From assembly GCF_036321535.1 (NCBI RefSeq), contig NC_087437.1, positions 58,654,001 through 58,718,000 on the forward strand: a stretch of DNA of 64,000 nt, in the 5' to 3' direction. Source of the stretch: Camelus dromedarius (taxonomy: Eukaryota). Positions 53,001-64,000 of this stretch are shown here, piece after piece. Position numbers and translations under genes: made by a program. The notes under the pieces were generated by a model. It made no database searches and was not told the DNA's origin. It worked only from the letters and a program-made list of their open reading frames with translations. How positions within the stretch are numbered: the first letter of the stretch is position 1; every line of letters starts with the position of its first letter.

Positions 53001-54599
53001 GCTGAGCAGATGTGTACAGATGTGTGTGCACCCTTACATATGCATCTTCTCATGTATTTTTAAAAGCTTATGAAGATCCTTAAAAAAAAAAAAAAGACAT
53101 TTCTCAGCTGCTGGAATCTGGGAAACAGAAAGATATCTGGCCCTGAGACCAAAAATGGGCGCTTTCAGACCTAAAGGAATCTCTGGGGATCCTCCAGGCC
53201 ACTCTTTGGCTGAATTACAGGCAGGAAGTAGGAACTCTCACCTAACTTCTTATGTTAACCTGGTAACTGAGTGCAGCTGAACTTGGGGCCATAAAGACAC
53301 ACCCTAGGCTGTCACAGGAAAACAGAATATTTTCTTTATTTTTGATGTGGGGAGTCCTTGGTAAGCAGCGGCCTCTCTCTGGGATAAAATCTCATGTGGT
53401 TCCACCTGGAGCCACTGTGTCTGGAGACACAGGCTTTCAGAAGTCAAGGCGTAGGGTTTACAGAGTCACAGGAGAGCAGAGCCAGAGAGACTGGAAAGTT
53501 CCTGCAGTCCCTTATTCTACAGATGTGGAAACAAAGGCCCTGAAAGAAACCCTACTCAGAAGGAAGATGAATTGGAACCCTCTCCCCCTTCACCTTCTCC
53601 TTGCAGGAAGAGCTGACCTTGGAGAGGCTCCAGCGCCCCGCTCAGACCCCTGGGTTGCCCATTGTGCCGATATTGTAAGTTTGGAAGTTTAGCCTGCTGG
53701 GCAGGTACTTCCCCCGTTCTCAGGTTGGCCCAGGGCTGTCGGCCACTTGAGGAATGCCCCAGAGGAGACACAGGTCCCCTTTGGGGGTCCGCATCAGCCA
53801 CAGTGTAAGATGGCACCGTCTGGGCATCTCCCTGTCCAGGGTCCCTTGGTGCTGGCGGAGGCCACATCCCCGCGTGGCTGCAGGTCCACCTTGGGCAGCA
53901 GGCCCCCTCCAGCGCAAGCCCAGGGTGGGGACTGCAGTACAGTCCCAACCGGCACAGAGCGGGTGCCCAGATCAGCCTTGCCTCACCTTCCTAGATGCTG
54001 AGGGCCCGGGCCAGGCCGGCCAAGTGTAGGCGGGGTCTGTCTGGGGGTGACCCTCTCCCTCTCATTATAACTGATGCTGCTGAGTGAGGCAGCCACGATG
54101 GTGGTGACTTTGCATCCTTGATCTGGCTGCTTCCCTGCCCGGCTTCAAAGTATGGCTCAAGGGCTCTAAAGCTCCCGTGTGGCCTCCGGGTGAGCACTTC
54201 AGGCCATGGCAAGCCTGACGGTCTCTATATCCTCCTCTTCAATCACACCCCCGAGCCGCATTAGCAGGTTTCTGTTAAGCCTGGAGCAGAGTGGCCAGTT
54301 CACAGCCAGCAGGAGGACCTTGGCTTTACTCTCAGTTACACCCTTGGACGCAGCCTGGATAATCTAGGGCTTTCACAGGACGAACAAGCTCATGTTTGTA
54401 TTCGCTGCTGCTCCCTGGGCTTCCAGCAGTTTTCTGTTCATTCACACTTTCCTTTTCTCTCCCTTCTCCTAAAAGAAGACTTCTCTTCCCCAAGGTAACG
54501 AAGGATGGTAGACTGAAGAAGGCAGTGGAACTGGTTTAGGAACAAAGATAGGAGGAAAGGAGGAAGTTCCTAAGAGGCCAGTGGGACCAGAAAGAACAC

Positions 54600-54770
54600 G
54601 CAGTGAGGAGCTGGGAGACTTGGGTGTAAGCCCACCTCTGCACATAGGTGCCTCTCCCCTGCCCTCACCTCAGTGTCCTCATCTGTAAAATGGGGATCAA
54701 ATAGACCTCCCATGTGGGTTTATTGTAAGATGGAATAAAATAATGAATACAGTGAAGGTTTGCATAGTCA
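54600..54770 (+). mobile_element. MIR SINE relic
   Basis: cctcagtgtcctcatctgtaaaatgggga MIR core. Confidence 0.7.
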
Positions 54771-55703
54771 TGTGGCCCAGGTCTGCAAACTTCCATTTAC
54801 CCACAGAATCTTCTCTGGCAAAGTGATGCTAGCAGACAAGGTGAGCTTTCTCTTTATGCTAATGAAGTGGTTACTTAATACTATTCCAAGCCTCTGGCAG
54901 GTTTAGTAGTTGCAGAGAGGAAATCTGACTCCCCCCATAGCTGGGTAGGGAACAGGCGCAGTGGCTGGGTCTGCGTCATCACCTGAGGTGAACAGTGAGA
55001 CCCTTGGAGGGCTCTGAAAGAGAAGATGCTTTGGGATTGCCCTGATGGACATGCATTATGTTTTGCGTAAGAGATGTTTGGCCAACTCTTGGGAGTTTAA
55101 GAAATTTTTTAAGTGACAGATCCAAGAATTCCCATTAATCCTGGATATTGAGCTTCATTTAAAAATGACCTAAACCACCTCTGTGGCCAGTGAGTTTCCT
55201 TTTGTCAAGGTCTGGGATGACTCTATCTGAGACTGGATTAGCAGGTGGCTAGGTGATTTAATCAGCAGCACCTCCCCATCTGAACCCTCCTCTATTACCC
55301 ACCAGCCTGCCCTGCTGCCTAAAACCATGGGAGGCTAATCACCCAGAGAGAGGGGCCAATATCGACCATCAGTCACTGAGCTGTTTCAGGGCTAAGCAGG
55401 CAAGTCCTATTTATACATGTATTACTCTGCAGCTTGGTCTTTATCACTGAATATATCTTGGATATCTTTCATTCCAGTATCTATAGGCTTCCTATGTGCG
55501 CTTTTTAGTTGTCGCATAGGGAAGGAAGGACCACCCAGTACTCAGAGTGGTCTGGCAACAATAGAAGAGCCTTGGAAAGTAATGAGCTTCCTGTCACTAG
55601 AAGTGATCAAGTGGACACTGGCCTTACATTAGTCATAGTCAGGATTTCTGCCCTGGGAGCAGGAACAAGAACAATTGCTATACCCCAAGCACCATTCTAA
55701 ATA

Positions 55704-55888
55704 CAGATGACCCTTGAACAACCTTGGGTGTTAATCTGTATAATTTATCGTCTGCCCTCCACATATGCACTTCCTCTGCATCGTCAGCCAACCGGGGACT
55801 GTGTTGTACTGCAGTGTCGACTATTGAAAAATATCCATGTATAAGTGGACCCGTGCAGTTCAAACCTGCAGTTGTTCAAGGGTCAGTG
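55704..55888. mobile_element. Tc1/mariner Tigger2-derived MITE (Tigger2a_Art-like)
   Basis: Left TA followed by CAG. Perfect 15-bp inverted repeat tgacccttgaacaac (55708-55722) and gttgttcaagggtca (55871-55885). Internal tataagtggacccgtgcagttcaaacc. Confidence 0.88.
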
Positions 55889-55904
55889 GGACTCTACGTG
55901 GGTT

Positions 55905-56090
55905 CTCTCATGTAACATTCACAGAACCCTATGGAGTAGGTACCCTTATTATTCCTGTTAGTACAGATGGGAAAATGAGGCACTGGGAAATTAAGAAATG
56001 ATGCCCAAGGTTGCAGAGCTGATATGTAGCAGAGCTGGGGCTCAAACCTCGGCAGTGTGCCTCCAGAGCCCAGGGTCTCAGTCTTGATAC
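55905..56090 (-). mobile_element. MIR SINE relic
   Basis: acagatgggaaaatgaggcac..gcccaaggttgcagagct..gcagagctggggctcaaacc. Confidence 0.75.
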
Positions 56091-57034
56091 CATAGCACCT
56101 ACCTTTATAGGAGATCTCCAAGCAAGCACCCTTCCATCTCTGGGGTTCAGTAACTCCCCATGTTTCCAAGGAATGGCACCCTTGGTGCTCCTGTGAAGTT
56201 GGACCTAACTGGCTGATTCTTGCCCTTGCTCAGCCAGGCAATCAGTCCAAAAAAGACGCATGTCTTTGAGGGATGAGAGGCTTCCCCTGGAGGAAGGAGA
56301 CAGCAGGAATGTCCCCTGTGTTGCACGGCTGGCCTAGGAGGGGCGGGGCCCATCAGGTTGCGTGTCTTTCAGCTGACATCCAGGGCCCAGTCTTGGTGTA
56401 ACAGAAGCCCCCAGGCTTTCACAGTCCTGTAGGGGCTAGGTCAGCTGCCCCTGTGGCATTTTGGCCTGGTACTCCACCGGGTTTGTGTGCACATGACTTA
56501 GCCTCAGGCCTGGAAGGAGATGAGCCTGGGGGCCTGGCACATCTTGCCTTGACAGCTAACGGACTGGAAACCAGCCAGGGCCACAGCTCTAATGGCCTGC
56601 ACATCTTTCCACAGCTCTGTGAGGACCCATTCCTGCTGGTTGGATTTCCTCCCAAGGGCTCCTCGACCCCTTTTAAAGAAAGGGTAGAAAAAATAGAAAA
56701 CAGATTCCCGGGCACAGACTCTTCAGGTTGATAGCTTTGGAATGTCAACCGGAATGTCCTCTCTCCTAGGACAACTTGCCTGGCCCCTCAAGGTGGTCTC
56801 AGAGCCTTCCTGTGCATGCCACAGCACTGGGCTCTGGGGGAACCAACCTCTTCGTGGTCAATTTATTGACCTACAAGCTACCATTTATTGAGAAGCAACT
56901 CTGAACCAAGCCCCGGACAAAATGCAATTTCAATGGTTGCTTCCGGTGCTGCCTCTACTCACAGCAGGAAGCGTAAGCGGAGCCGTGGGTCAGGCACTGG
57001 GCTGCACAGGAAACTGAGGGCAGTGGGTAGAAGT

Positions 57035-57270
57035 GAGCTGGTCCTGGCTTCTCCACTTACTGACTGTGTGACCTTGGGCAGTTTACTGAACCTCTCTGTG
57101 TGGTGCTTTTTTCATCTATGGAATGGGGGTAATCATAGTATGTTGTTCTAGGTGGATACTGAGATACGATGTAAGGTAAGACATATAAGATACAGATGCA
57201 CTAGAGATTGCAATAAGACATACTAAGCATTTAGCATAGTATCTGGCCCTTAATAAACATCATCTTCCGT
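57035..57270 (+). mobile_element. MIR SINE
   Basis: ccacttactgactgtgtgaccttgggcagtttactgaacctctctgtg..catctatggaatgggg. Confidence 0.8.
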
Positions 57271-57309
57271 TATTAGCTCCTCACTTGTTATTAGCAATAA
57301 TTGATTAGG

Positions 57310-57440
57310 TCAGTGTTATTATTATCCTCATTAAAAAATAGGGCACAGAGAGGTCCAGTAAATTGCCCTAAATTACATAGCTAATGAATGGCAGAACCAG
57401 AATTTAAACCCAGGTGTAAAATTTCTGGTTCCAAAACACT
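57310..57440 (-). mobile_element. MIR SINE relic
   Basis: attattatcctcatt..ggcacagagagg..atggcagaaccagaatttaaacccagg. Confidence 0.7.
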
Positions 57441-57869
57441 CTCTCTTACTTGTCAACAGACCTGCCCCTAGAGAATCCTAGAAGGTTATCATAGACTTTC
57501 AAGAATCCTCCTTGGATTATTCTTAGTCGTCAATGTTATGTGGCCATGTCAGCTATCCCCACTTACAGGCTGCTCATCTGGAGAAATTGCTTAAATTGAT
57601 CAAAAGGTCGAGGGCCTTCCACAAGGAATTTAAATAGTAAATCTTCCAAAGAGAAAGCAGTGGCAGATGTGAACTGAAAGGTGGTGGAGTTTGCTGGAGA
57701 GCCCCCTGGGCTGGGCCAGGACACCCACGATCCCTTTTTGATCTGCCATGAGTTTGCCACATGACTCAGTACATTATTGGCCTTCTCCGGGGTCAGTTTC
57801 CTTATTTGTACAGTGAGGGTTGTATCTCAATGCCCTTCAAAAGGCCTTATGATTCAAAGAATGTTTTTA

Positions 57870-58700
57870 ACCATTCACGCAACAGACTTTATCGAGTGCC
57901 TACTATGTCAGGAACCATTTTAGGAGCTGGAAGTGCAACAGAATAAACAGCACTATGGGTGTGTCCTTGCTTTCCCAGGGCCTGGAGGGACAGAGAAGCA
58001 GACATTGACCATGAAGTGGTGGGTGCCCTGAAAGCCCCGGGGCATGGCACCCACAAGTCTCCAAATCCAGCTTGAGGGGCCAGGTGAGTTATCCTAGAAG
58101 ACGGGATGTTCCAGTTGACACCCAGAGGTTGAGTAGGAGCTAAGGTGGAGGTGGGCGGGGAAAAGGTTTCTGAGAGGAGGACACAGATTTGCAGATTCGT
58201 GCGCCTGGCACATCTGAAGAAGTGTGTGCTGGGTGGCTGGGTCACAGAGGGTGAAGGGAGGGGAAGTGGCTGGAGACAGGGCTGGACGGGCAACAGTACC
58301 ACGATACTGTGATACCGGAACCCTGATACCACGCCAGACCTTGGCCACCAGGTAAAGGATTTGATTTGATCTTGACATGACTCGAGCATCTCAAGGGTTT
58401 TAGGCCAACTTGCAGTTTAGAAAGATCACCCTGGCTCCACAGGGAGACTCAGTCAGAGGAGTCTCTGACTCCATCTGGTTTGGAAGAATGGAAGTGGGCA
58501 GACCTGAAAGCAGCTACTGCTTCAGATTCTGCAACAGAGATGCCAGGATGCTGTCAAGGAGGCAGGCCGTGGGGAAGGAGAACAGAGTGGAGGGCAACTG
58601 AGCAGGTGGAATAGGCAGGACTTGGCCTCTGGTGACTCGATGAGCAGCAGGAGTAGAGGAGGGAATCAAGTAAGAAGAGCAGCAGCAGAATCAAGCAAGG
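57870..58700 (-). mobile_element. L2 LINE fragments
   Basis: cattcacgcaacagactttatcgagtgcctactatgtcagg (reverse of the L2 3' end) and gtttagaaagatcaccctggct. Confidence 0.65.
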
Positions 58701-60278
58701 GGGACTGGGCTATAGGTGGGCACTGACTTCCCGCTGGACCATGCCCGGGGCCCTGGGCCTCCTGCTCTTTGCTCCCGATGCACCCTCTCCTGGATGACCG
58801 TGCTCCTCTAGGCTCACAGCTCCAGCCCAGACCTCTAGCACAGGTCCTGAGCTCCAGATCCATCCATCCAGTTGCCAAGTGGTCGTTCCTTCTTGGCCTT
58901 CTCGGAGCACCAGATGCCAAGGTGTCAAGCCAGAACTATTCACTTCTCCCACCCTCACCTTCCTCCTCTTCCTTTTGGGACCTGCATTTCTACAAAGGGC
59001 GCCACCCTCCATCCTGCCCCCTTTGGAACACAGGCTGTCCACAGCCACAGGGAGCGGTGTGTGCCTGCAGCATCACCGGGCATCTCTGAAACCTTGGGGC
59101 TGGTTTAGTCGGCAGCAGGTAGGGGCAGAGGGGAGAGAGCAATTATCAGCCTTCAAGACTCCGCCTGCGCTGTTGGCAGGAATGTTTCTTTCCTGGGTGT
59201 CAATACGAACCCAGGGTCATTTTTCAGCATTTGCCAATGGCTGTAATTGCATAAGGCTGAGTGGCTCTCCAGAGAATCCCCATGGTCCTCCATTCTCTCT
59301 GCCCGGGCAGCGCTCTATAGACACACCCCAGGCCATGGATCATGTTTTTCACATAACCCGTTAATTACCAAATAAAACAACCCAGCTTTCAACCTGATTA
59401 GCCCAGATTAATGGCCAGCAGCGGGTTTCACGCGCCTGCACAATTTATCACTGAAAAGAACTGTGTCTTTAATGATTTAGCTACCTGGCCTAGCAGGGCC
59501 AGCTCAGGGCTGCTGGCCTCTGAGAGAAGTTAATTGCTGTTCTTCGTTTCCGACCTGGAAAGGCCCAGGTGACAGTTCCCATTAGCCAGGCTTGGCCTGC
59601 TTGATGACAAAGGATGGCAGGAAGCCCTTCCCTCCCGCTTTGTGCAGAAGATAAATCGAGGTCAAGTGTCCCCAGCCCCACCACGCCAGCTGCCAGCTGG
59701 AACAGGTTGAGTCAACCTGTAAATTTATATGCTTTCTCCACCCCTCCAACCCCACCTCCTGCCCTTTCTTTCTTCCTTCCTCAATGTATCGAAAAAGTGA
59801 ATCATTTTTAATTGTTAAATTTTGCCAAGAATTCTAGGACCTTTTGTGAAAATGAGAAAAAAAAAAATTTCCCCTGGTTCCTTTTCTCTACATTTTACAT
59901 GATTTGTGAAGGAGATAGAGTGAAAACATTTTTTAATCACTTATCATTGAAAGATTCTTTGATTAATAGGCTTTTTGAATGTCAGAATTGATCACAGCAT
60001 CTGGTCCAACTCTTGTGTTTTTCAGACAAGGGCGCTGAGTTGAAAGGAGGTGAAATGATCTGTCCAAGGTAACAGAGTTAGTGGTAACACTGAGCATCAC
60101 CGGGGCTTTCAAACAACCAACACGGCTGACCTCCTGTTTATTAAGCACAACGAGACCACCACTTCTCGAACACTTATTCTGTTTCAAACACCATTTTATT
60201 TAACAGTCACAGCAACCTGAGAGATGGAAACTATCCCCATTTGTGAGGTGAGGAGACAGAGCCCTTGTTTTGTGCTAG

Positions 60279-60400
60279 GGCGGTGCTGGGCAGTAGAATT
60301 TTCTACACTGATGGCAAAGTTCTATGCGGTGCTGGCCCACAGAATGGCTGCTAGTCGCGTGTGACTCTTGAGGGATTGAATTACGGCTATAGTGACGAAT
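60279..60400. mobile_element. MER3-like hAT MITE fragment
   Basis: gtgctgggcagtagaattttctacactgatggcaaagttctat..gctagtcgcgtgtgactcttgag. Confidence 0.6.
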
Positions 60401-61415
60401 TTTCAGATTGTTCATTGCTGCTAAAGAAATACTTTGTATGTTGAGACACTGTATGTTGATTTTTATATGTTGATCCTGTATCCTGGAATCTTGCTGAACA
60501 CGTTAGTTCTAATAGTTATTTGAATTAATAGAGGGTTTTTAAAGAGCAGTTTTAAGTTTACAGAAAAATCGGGCAGGAAGCACAAAGCGTTCCCATTCAC
60601 CCCCTGGTGAACCCCTCCCACCTTGCACAGTCTCCCCTATTAACGTCTAACTTGAGATGGGGTCTGTTTGTTACAATTAATGAACCAATATTGATACACT
60701 ATTAGCCAATATCCTTAGTTTAGGGTTCACTCTTTGTGTTCTCAGTGCTATAGGTTTTGAAAAGTGCATAACATCACATATCCATCATTATAGTATCATA
60801 CAGAACAGTTTCACTGCCCTAAAAATTCCCTGTGCTCCATTTATTCATACCTTCCTGCCTCCTCCAAACCCCTGGAAACCACTTTTTTTTTTCACTGTCT
60901 TCAAAGTTTTGCCTTTTCCAGAGTGTCAGATAATTAGAATCACACAATATGTAGCATTTTCAGACTGGTTTTTTTTCACTTAGCAATACCCACTCAAGGT
61001 TCCATCATGTCTTTTCACAGCTTGCTAGCTCACTTCTTTTGATCACTGAATAACATTCCATTGTATACAACAGCTTGGGTGTACGACAGTTTGTTTATCC
61101 ATTCACCTATTGAAGGACACCTTGGTTGCTTCCAAGTTCTGGCAATTATAAATAAGGCTGCTGTAAACATTAGTGTGCAGGTTTCTGTGTAAACATAAAT
61201 TTTTACCTTACTGTTCACTGCTGGTGTATAGGAAAGCTATTGCCTTTTGAGTATTGTATCTGTTAATCTTGCTGTTATTACTAATCAGTCGTTTTTGCTT
61301 TGAGGTTTTGTTTTGTTTTGTTTTCCTGGTCTATTCTTTTGGATTTTCTATGCAGACAATTACGCTATCTGTGAACAAAGACAATTTTATTTCTTCCTTC
61401 CCAATCTGTATGTTT
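60400..61415 (-). mobile_element. L1 fragments: L1MC1/2-like 3' end (60535-61205) plus ORF2 pieces
   Basis: tttgttacaattaatgaaccaatattgatacac and cagtttcactgccctaaaaat. Minus ORF ETCTLMFTAALFIIARTWKQPRCPSIGEWINKL is the L1 ORF2 end. Confidence 0.88.
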
Positions 61416-61709
61416 GTATTTCCAAATAAACATTTTCTTCTAAATGGTATTTGCTTGTGTTTGCTTGTTTGGGTTTTTTTGGCCTTTTTTCTTTCTTTTC
61501 CTCCTTTTTTTTAAAAGGTCTAAAATTTTATTATGAATAAGTGGCAGAAAAGTCTTTAACATATGACAGTTATTTTTAAATTCTTGCACTGCGGTTAAAT
61601 GGTCAAAGTAACACAAATTTGTATATAAACCTTTAATAATTAGGAACTAATAGTAGTTATTAGCAACCAACTAATAATAAGGAAATCCTTGTTCTAAACG
61701 GAAAATCAT

Positions 61710-62100
61710 TCCTTCTTGAAGCTCAGAGCTTCCCGGCAGGATTGTCTTCGTCCTCTGAAGCACTTCTTTTTTAGAGGTTCCATTAGTAACTGTTCTGTTT
61801 ATCGCAAAATTTCTCAGTTTTCATTTGAAAATGTTTTCAGTTCTTTTTGTTGAATAATATTTTAGTTAGGTTTACAATTCTTGGTTGACAATTATTTTCT
61901 TTTAGCACTTTGTTTTTCGGTTGACTCCAAAAAATACATATTCTGCATATTCCTTTTGATCTATCTTCCAGCTCACTAATTATTTCTGCAGTGTGCCTTA
62001 TTTCATGTTTAATGTCCACCTGGTTTTTTTTTTCTTATCCATTTAGTTTTTAATTACAATAATTGTATTTCCTCATATTTAGAATTCTATTTGGTCTTTT
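61710..62100 (-). mobile_element. Old L1 ORF1-region relic
   Basis: Minus ORF contains ISELEDRS and KVLKENNCQPRI, both L1 ORF1p-like. Confidence 0.65.
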
Positions 62101-62130
62101 TCCACAAACGCCTGGGCCTTTTTGACAGTA

Positions 62131-62318
62131 CAATCATCCCTCAGTATTTGCAGGAGTATTTGGTTCCAGCACTGACCACAGATTCCCCAGATCCACAGAC
62201 GCTTAAGTCCCCTGGCCCGCCCTCAGTATGTTTAGGCTCTGCATCCCACCGTGAAAATCTGGTGGTTTTCCTTACTTTCAGCTCAGTCAGTCCTGAATCT
62301 AAAAGTGTGCCTGTTTGT
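62131..62318. mobile_element. Tigger-derived MITE (MER2/MER8-like)
   Basis: TA followed by caatcatccctcagtatttgcaggagtattggttccag..atccacagacgcttaagtccc. Confidence 0.6.
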
Positions 62319-62898
62319 ATTTTATACAGAATATGTTCTATTTCAGGAGGGATTTTCAAGTTCTCTAGCTCTTTGCCACAAGTGCCTTAGCACAAGTTTC
62401 TTTCTAAAAGTAGTTACATTTCCATTCATTGTAAAACATCACCTTTTCTTTGAACGGATGGATTATGCATGTATGGAAAATATCTACTACCCGCATACCA
62501 CCTATCACAGGGAAGGGCAGCAAATTTGGAATAATTTCTCTTTTTGTAAGAGAAAAATTGTGCCTCAATTTTAAGTGCCTTGCCATGGGATACCCTGTTT
62601 GGCCTTTATTGTTACCATCTGCCATTTAAAATAATTACTAAATTCACCTATTTGTACATATATGAACTGGAACACTTTGTGATAAGCCCAGAGGGACAGA
62701 ACAAATGAGGAGGTTCCTGTCTACCTGTCCAAGTTATGTGCATCTCACTGACATATCTTGGATGAAGACATCATTAATGTTAATAAAAGTTAAATATTTT
62801 ATATTTATATTTTTTTATAATTAAATTTTTATAATATTTTGATTTTTTATAATCAACTAAAAATATATAGAAGTTCTAATATTTTATTTCCCTCATCC

Positions 62899-63103
62899 CA
62901 GTGGCTAATCTTATCTTTCTTGTGGGGTATAAGTACCAGTTTCCACACTGAAAATTTTTTTGTCACACTGGGGAAGGTATTTCCAGCATCTAGTGGGTAC
63001 AGACCAGGAATTCTGCTAAGTATCCTACAAGGCACAGTATAGCCCCCTAAAACAAAGAATTATTTTTCAAAAATGCAAAAAATGCTCAGGTAGAGAAATA
63101 CTG
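62899..63103. mobile_element. MER20-like hAT MITE
   Basis: ttttgtcacactgggg..gcatctagtgggtacagaccagg..tgctaagtatcctacaaggcacag..aacaaagaattat..gagaaatactg. Confidence 0.8.
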
Positions 63104-64000
63104 AATTAAAGACAAATTCCTCAGAATAGCAGTTCCAGTGTTTTAATTTAATTCTGTACCGCTACCCTTCAAAGTCCTCTGATTCCCATACGCTGGGTGC
63201 TTCTCTCAACCAGATAATCCATGTGCTGTTCATTTCCCCCCATCCCATTTTTAGCACCATGCTGGTTTTGGTGTGTGAACTCTTTTCCAGCTGTAGTATT
63301 TCTGATTTCATCTCTGCCTCGGAACTAGATGGTTCACCAGGTTAAGAGAAAGATGCTTTTCCTAATGCTCTGCTTCAGGCAAATAGTCAGGTTAACGCTA
63401 TTATTCTAAACCATGGAGACTTGTGGGCACTTTTTCTGTGAAAGTAAACTCAGGGTGACTATGATGCAATATCTTGTGTAGTCGTCAGGTTCTAAGAGTT
63501 CTAAGAGTAAACACAGAGGTGGGATGCGGTGAGATGGGGTGAGGGGTACAAGAATGGAATAAACACAGACATGGCGGGACCTGTGTGTTGGGGAAGATTT
63601 TTAAAGTCCCATATTTGGACTGGAGGGCATGTGAGGTTCAGGTGGCATACGTGAAACTCATTTAGCTTGGATGAGCTGATAAGCAGGGTCTGGAGCAGAC
63701 AGACAAGACAGGAGGCCAAGGACGTGGAACAGCGGGACACAGACTCCAAAACACTGATTCAAGAAGGCTCAGGGAAACGTGTGCTAGACATTAGAGGGGT
63801 CTTTTCACCTGTTTCTCTTCCCTGATGACACAAACCCAGCGCAATCAGAGTGAGAGGTCCATGGATGGAGTAAAATAAACCACCTGGTGAGGCGTGCCCA
63901 GGGCTCCACTGGCCCCGGGGCCCAGGCAGAATGTTCCTGCCTGTTCCTCCCCTCGTGACCTCACCCAGCCCACCCCGCCTCCAGGTGCTGCCTGGCCTCT

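Noticed and set aside
55704..55888. Long hairpin as a possible pre-miRNA or structured RNA
   Set aside because: The inverted arms are Tigger terminal inverted repeats.
57035..57440. Inverted MIR pair as a dsRNA/editing substrate
   Set aside because: The copies are old and highly diverged and lie outside any evident transcript.

Overview
Mammalian genomic DNA, probably camelid: two tRNA-derived SINEs match the camelid type as I recall it. It is not prokaryotic, and there are no operons, CRISPR arrays or rRNA/tRNA genes. Bases 1-~30.85 kb are the 3' part of OPA1 (mitochondrial dynamin-like GTPase) on the + strand. Five coding exons (813-953, 2764-2880, 4413-4506, 5009-5119, 25266-25330; 141/117/94/111/65 nt) splice into one open frame of 175 codons ending ...[21 protein letters not shown]. 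An intron in the 3'UTR and a ~3.4 kb non-coding last exon follow. The remaining ~33 kb is gene-free, visibly more GC-rich, and full of L1, L2, MIR, hAT/Tigger and SINE relics. Nearly all ORFs in the supplied track are noise or L1 remnants. The most interesting signal is in the 20 kb intron before the last coding exon, which holds several well-formed candidate splice acceptors, each read here in the phase (phase 1) left by the upstream exon. The best is a stop-free, frame-preserving 48-nt segment at 16723-16770. It could be a 16-aa cassette exon, an alternative terminal exon (ILKEQNGPSSYKSVFAGDK*, with AATAAA 79 nt after the stop) or a recursive AG|GT site. Together with a NOVA-type YCAY cluster, a candidate poison exon in the 3'UTR intron and a tandem acceptor that would mimic the human c.2708_2711delTTAG allele, this suggests a possible layer of OPA1 C-terminal splicing and dosage control. 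All of this is sequence-only inference and needs RNA-seq and conservation checks. Repeat family names and human exon numbering are from memory, not from a search.
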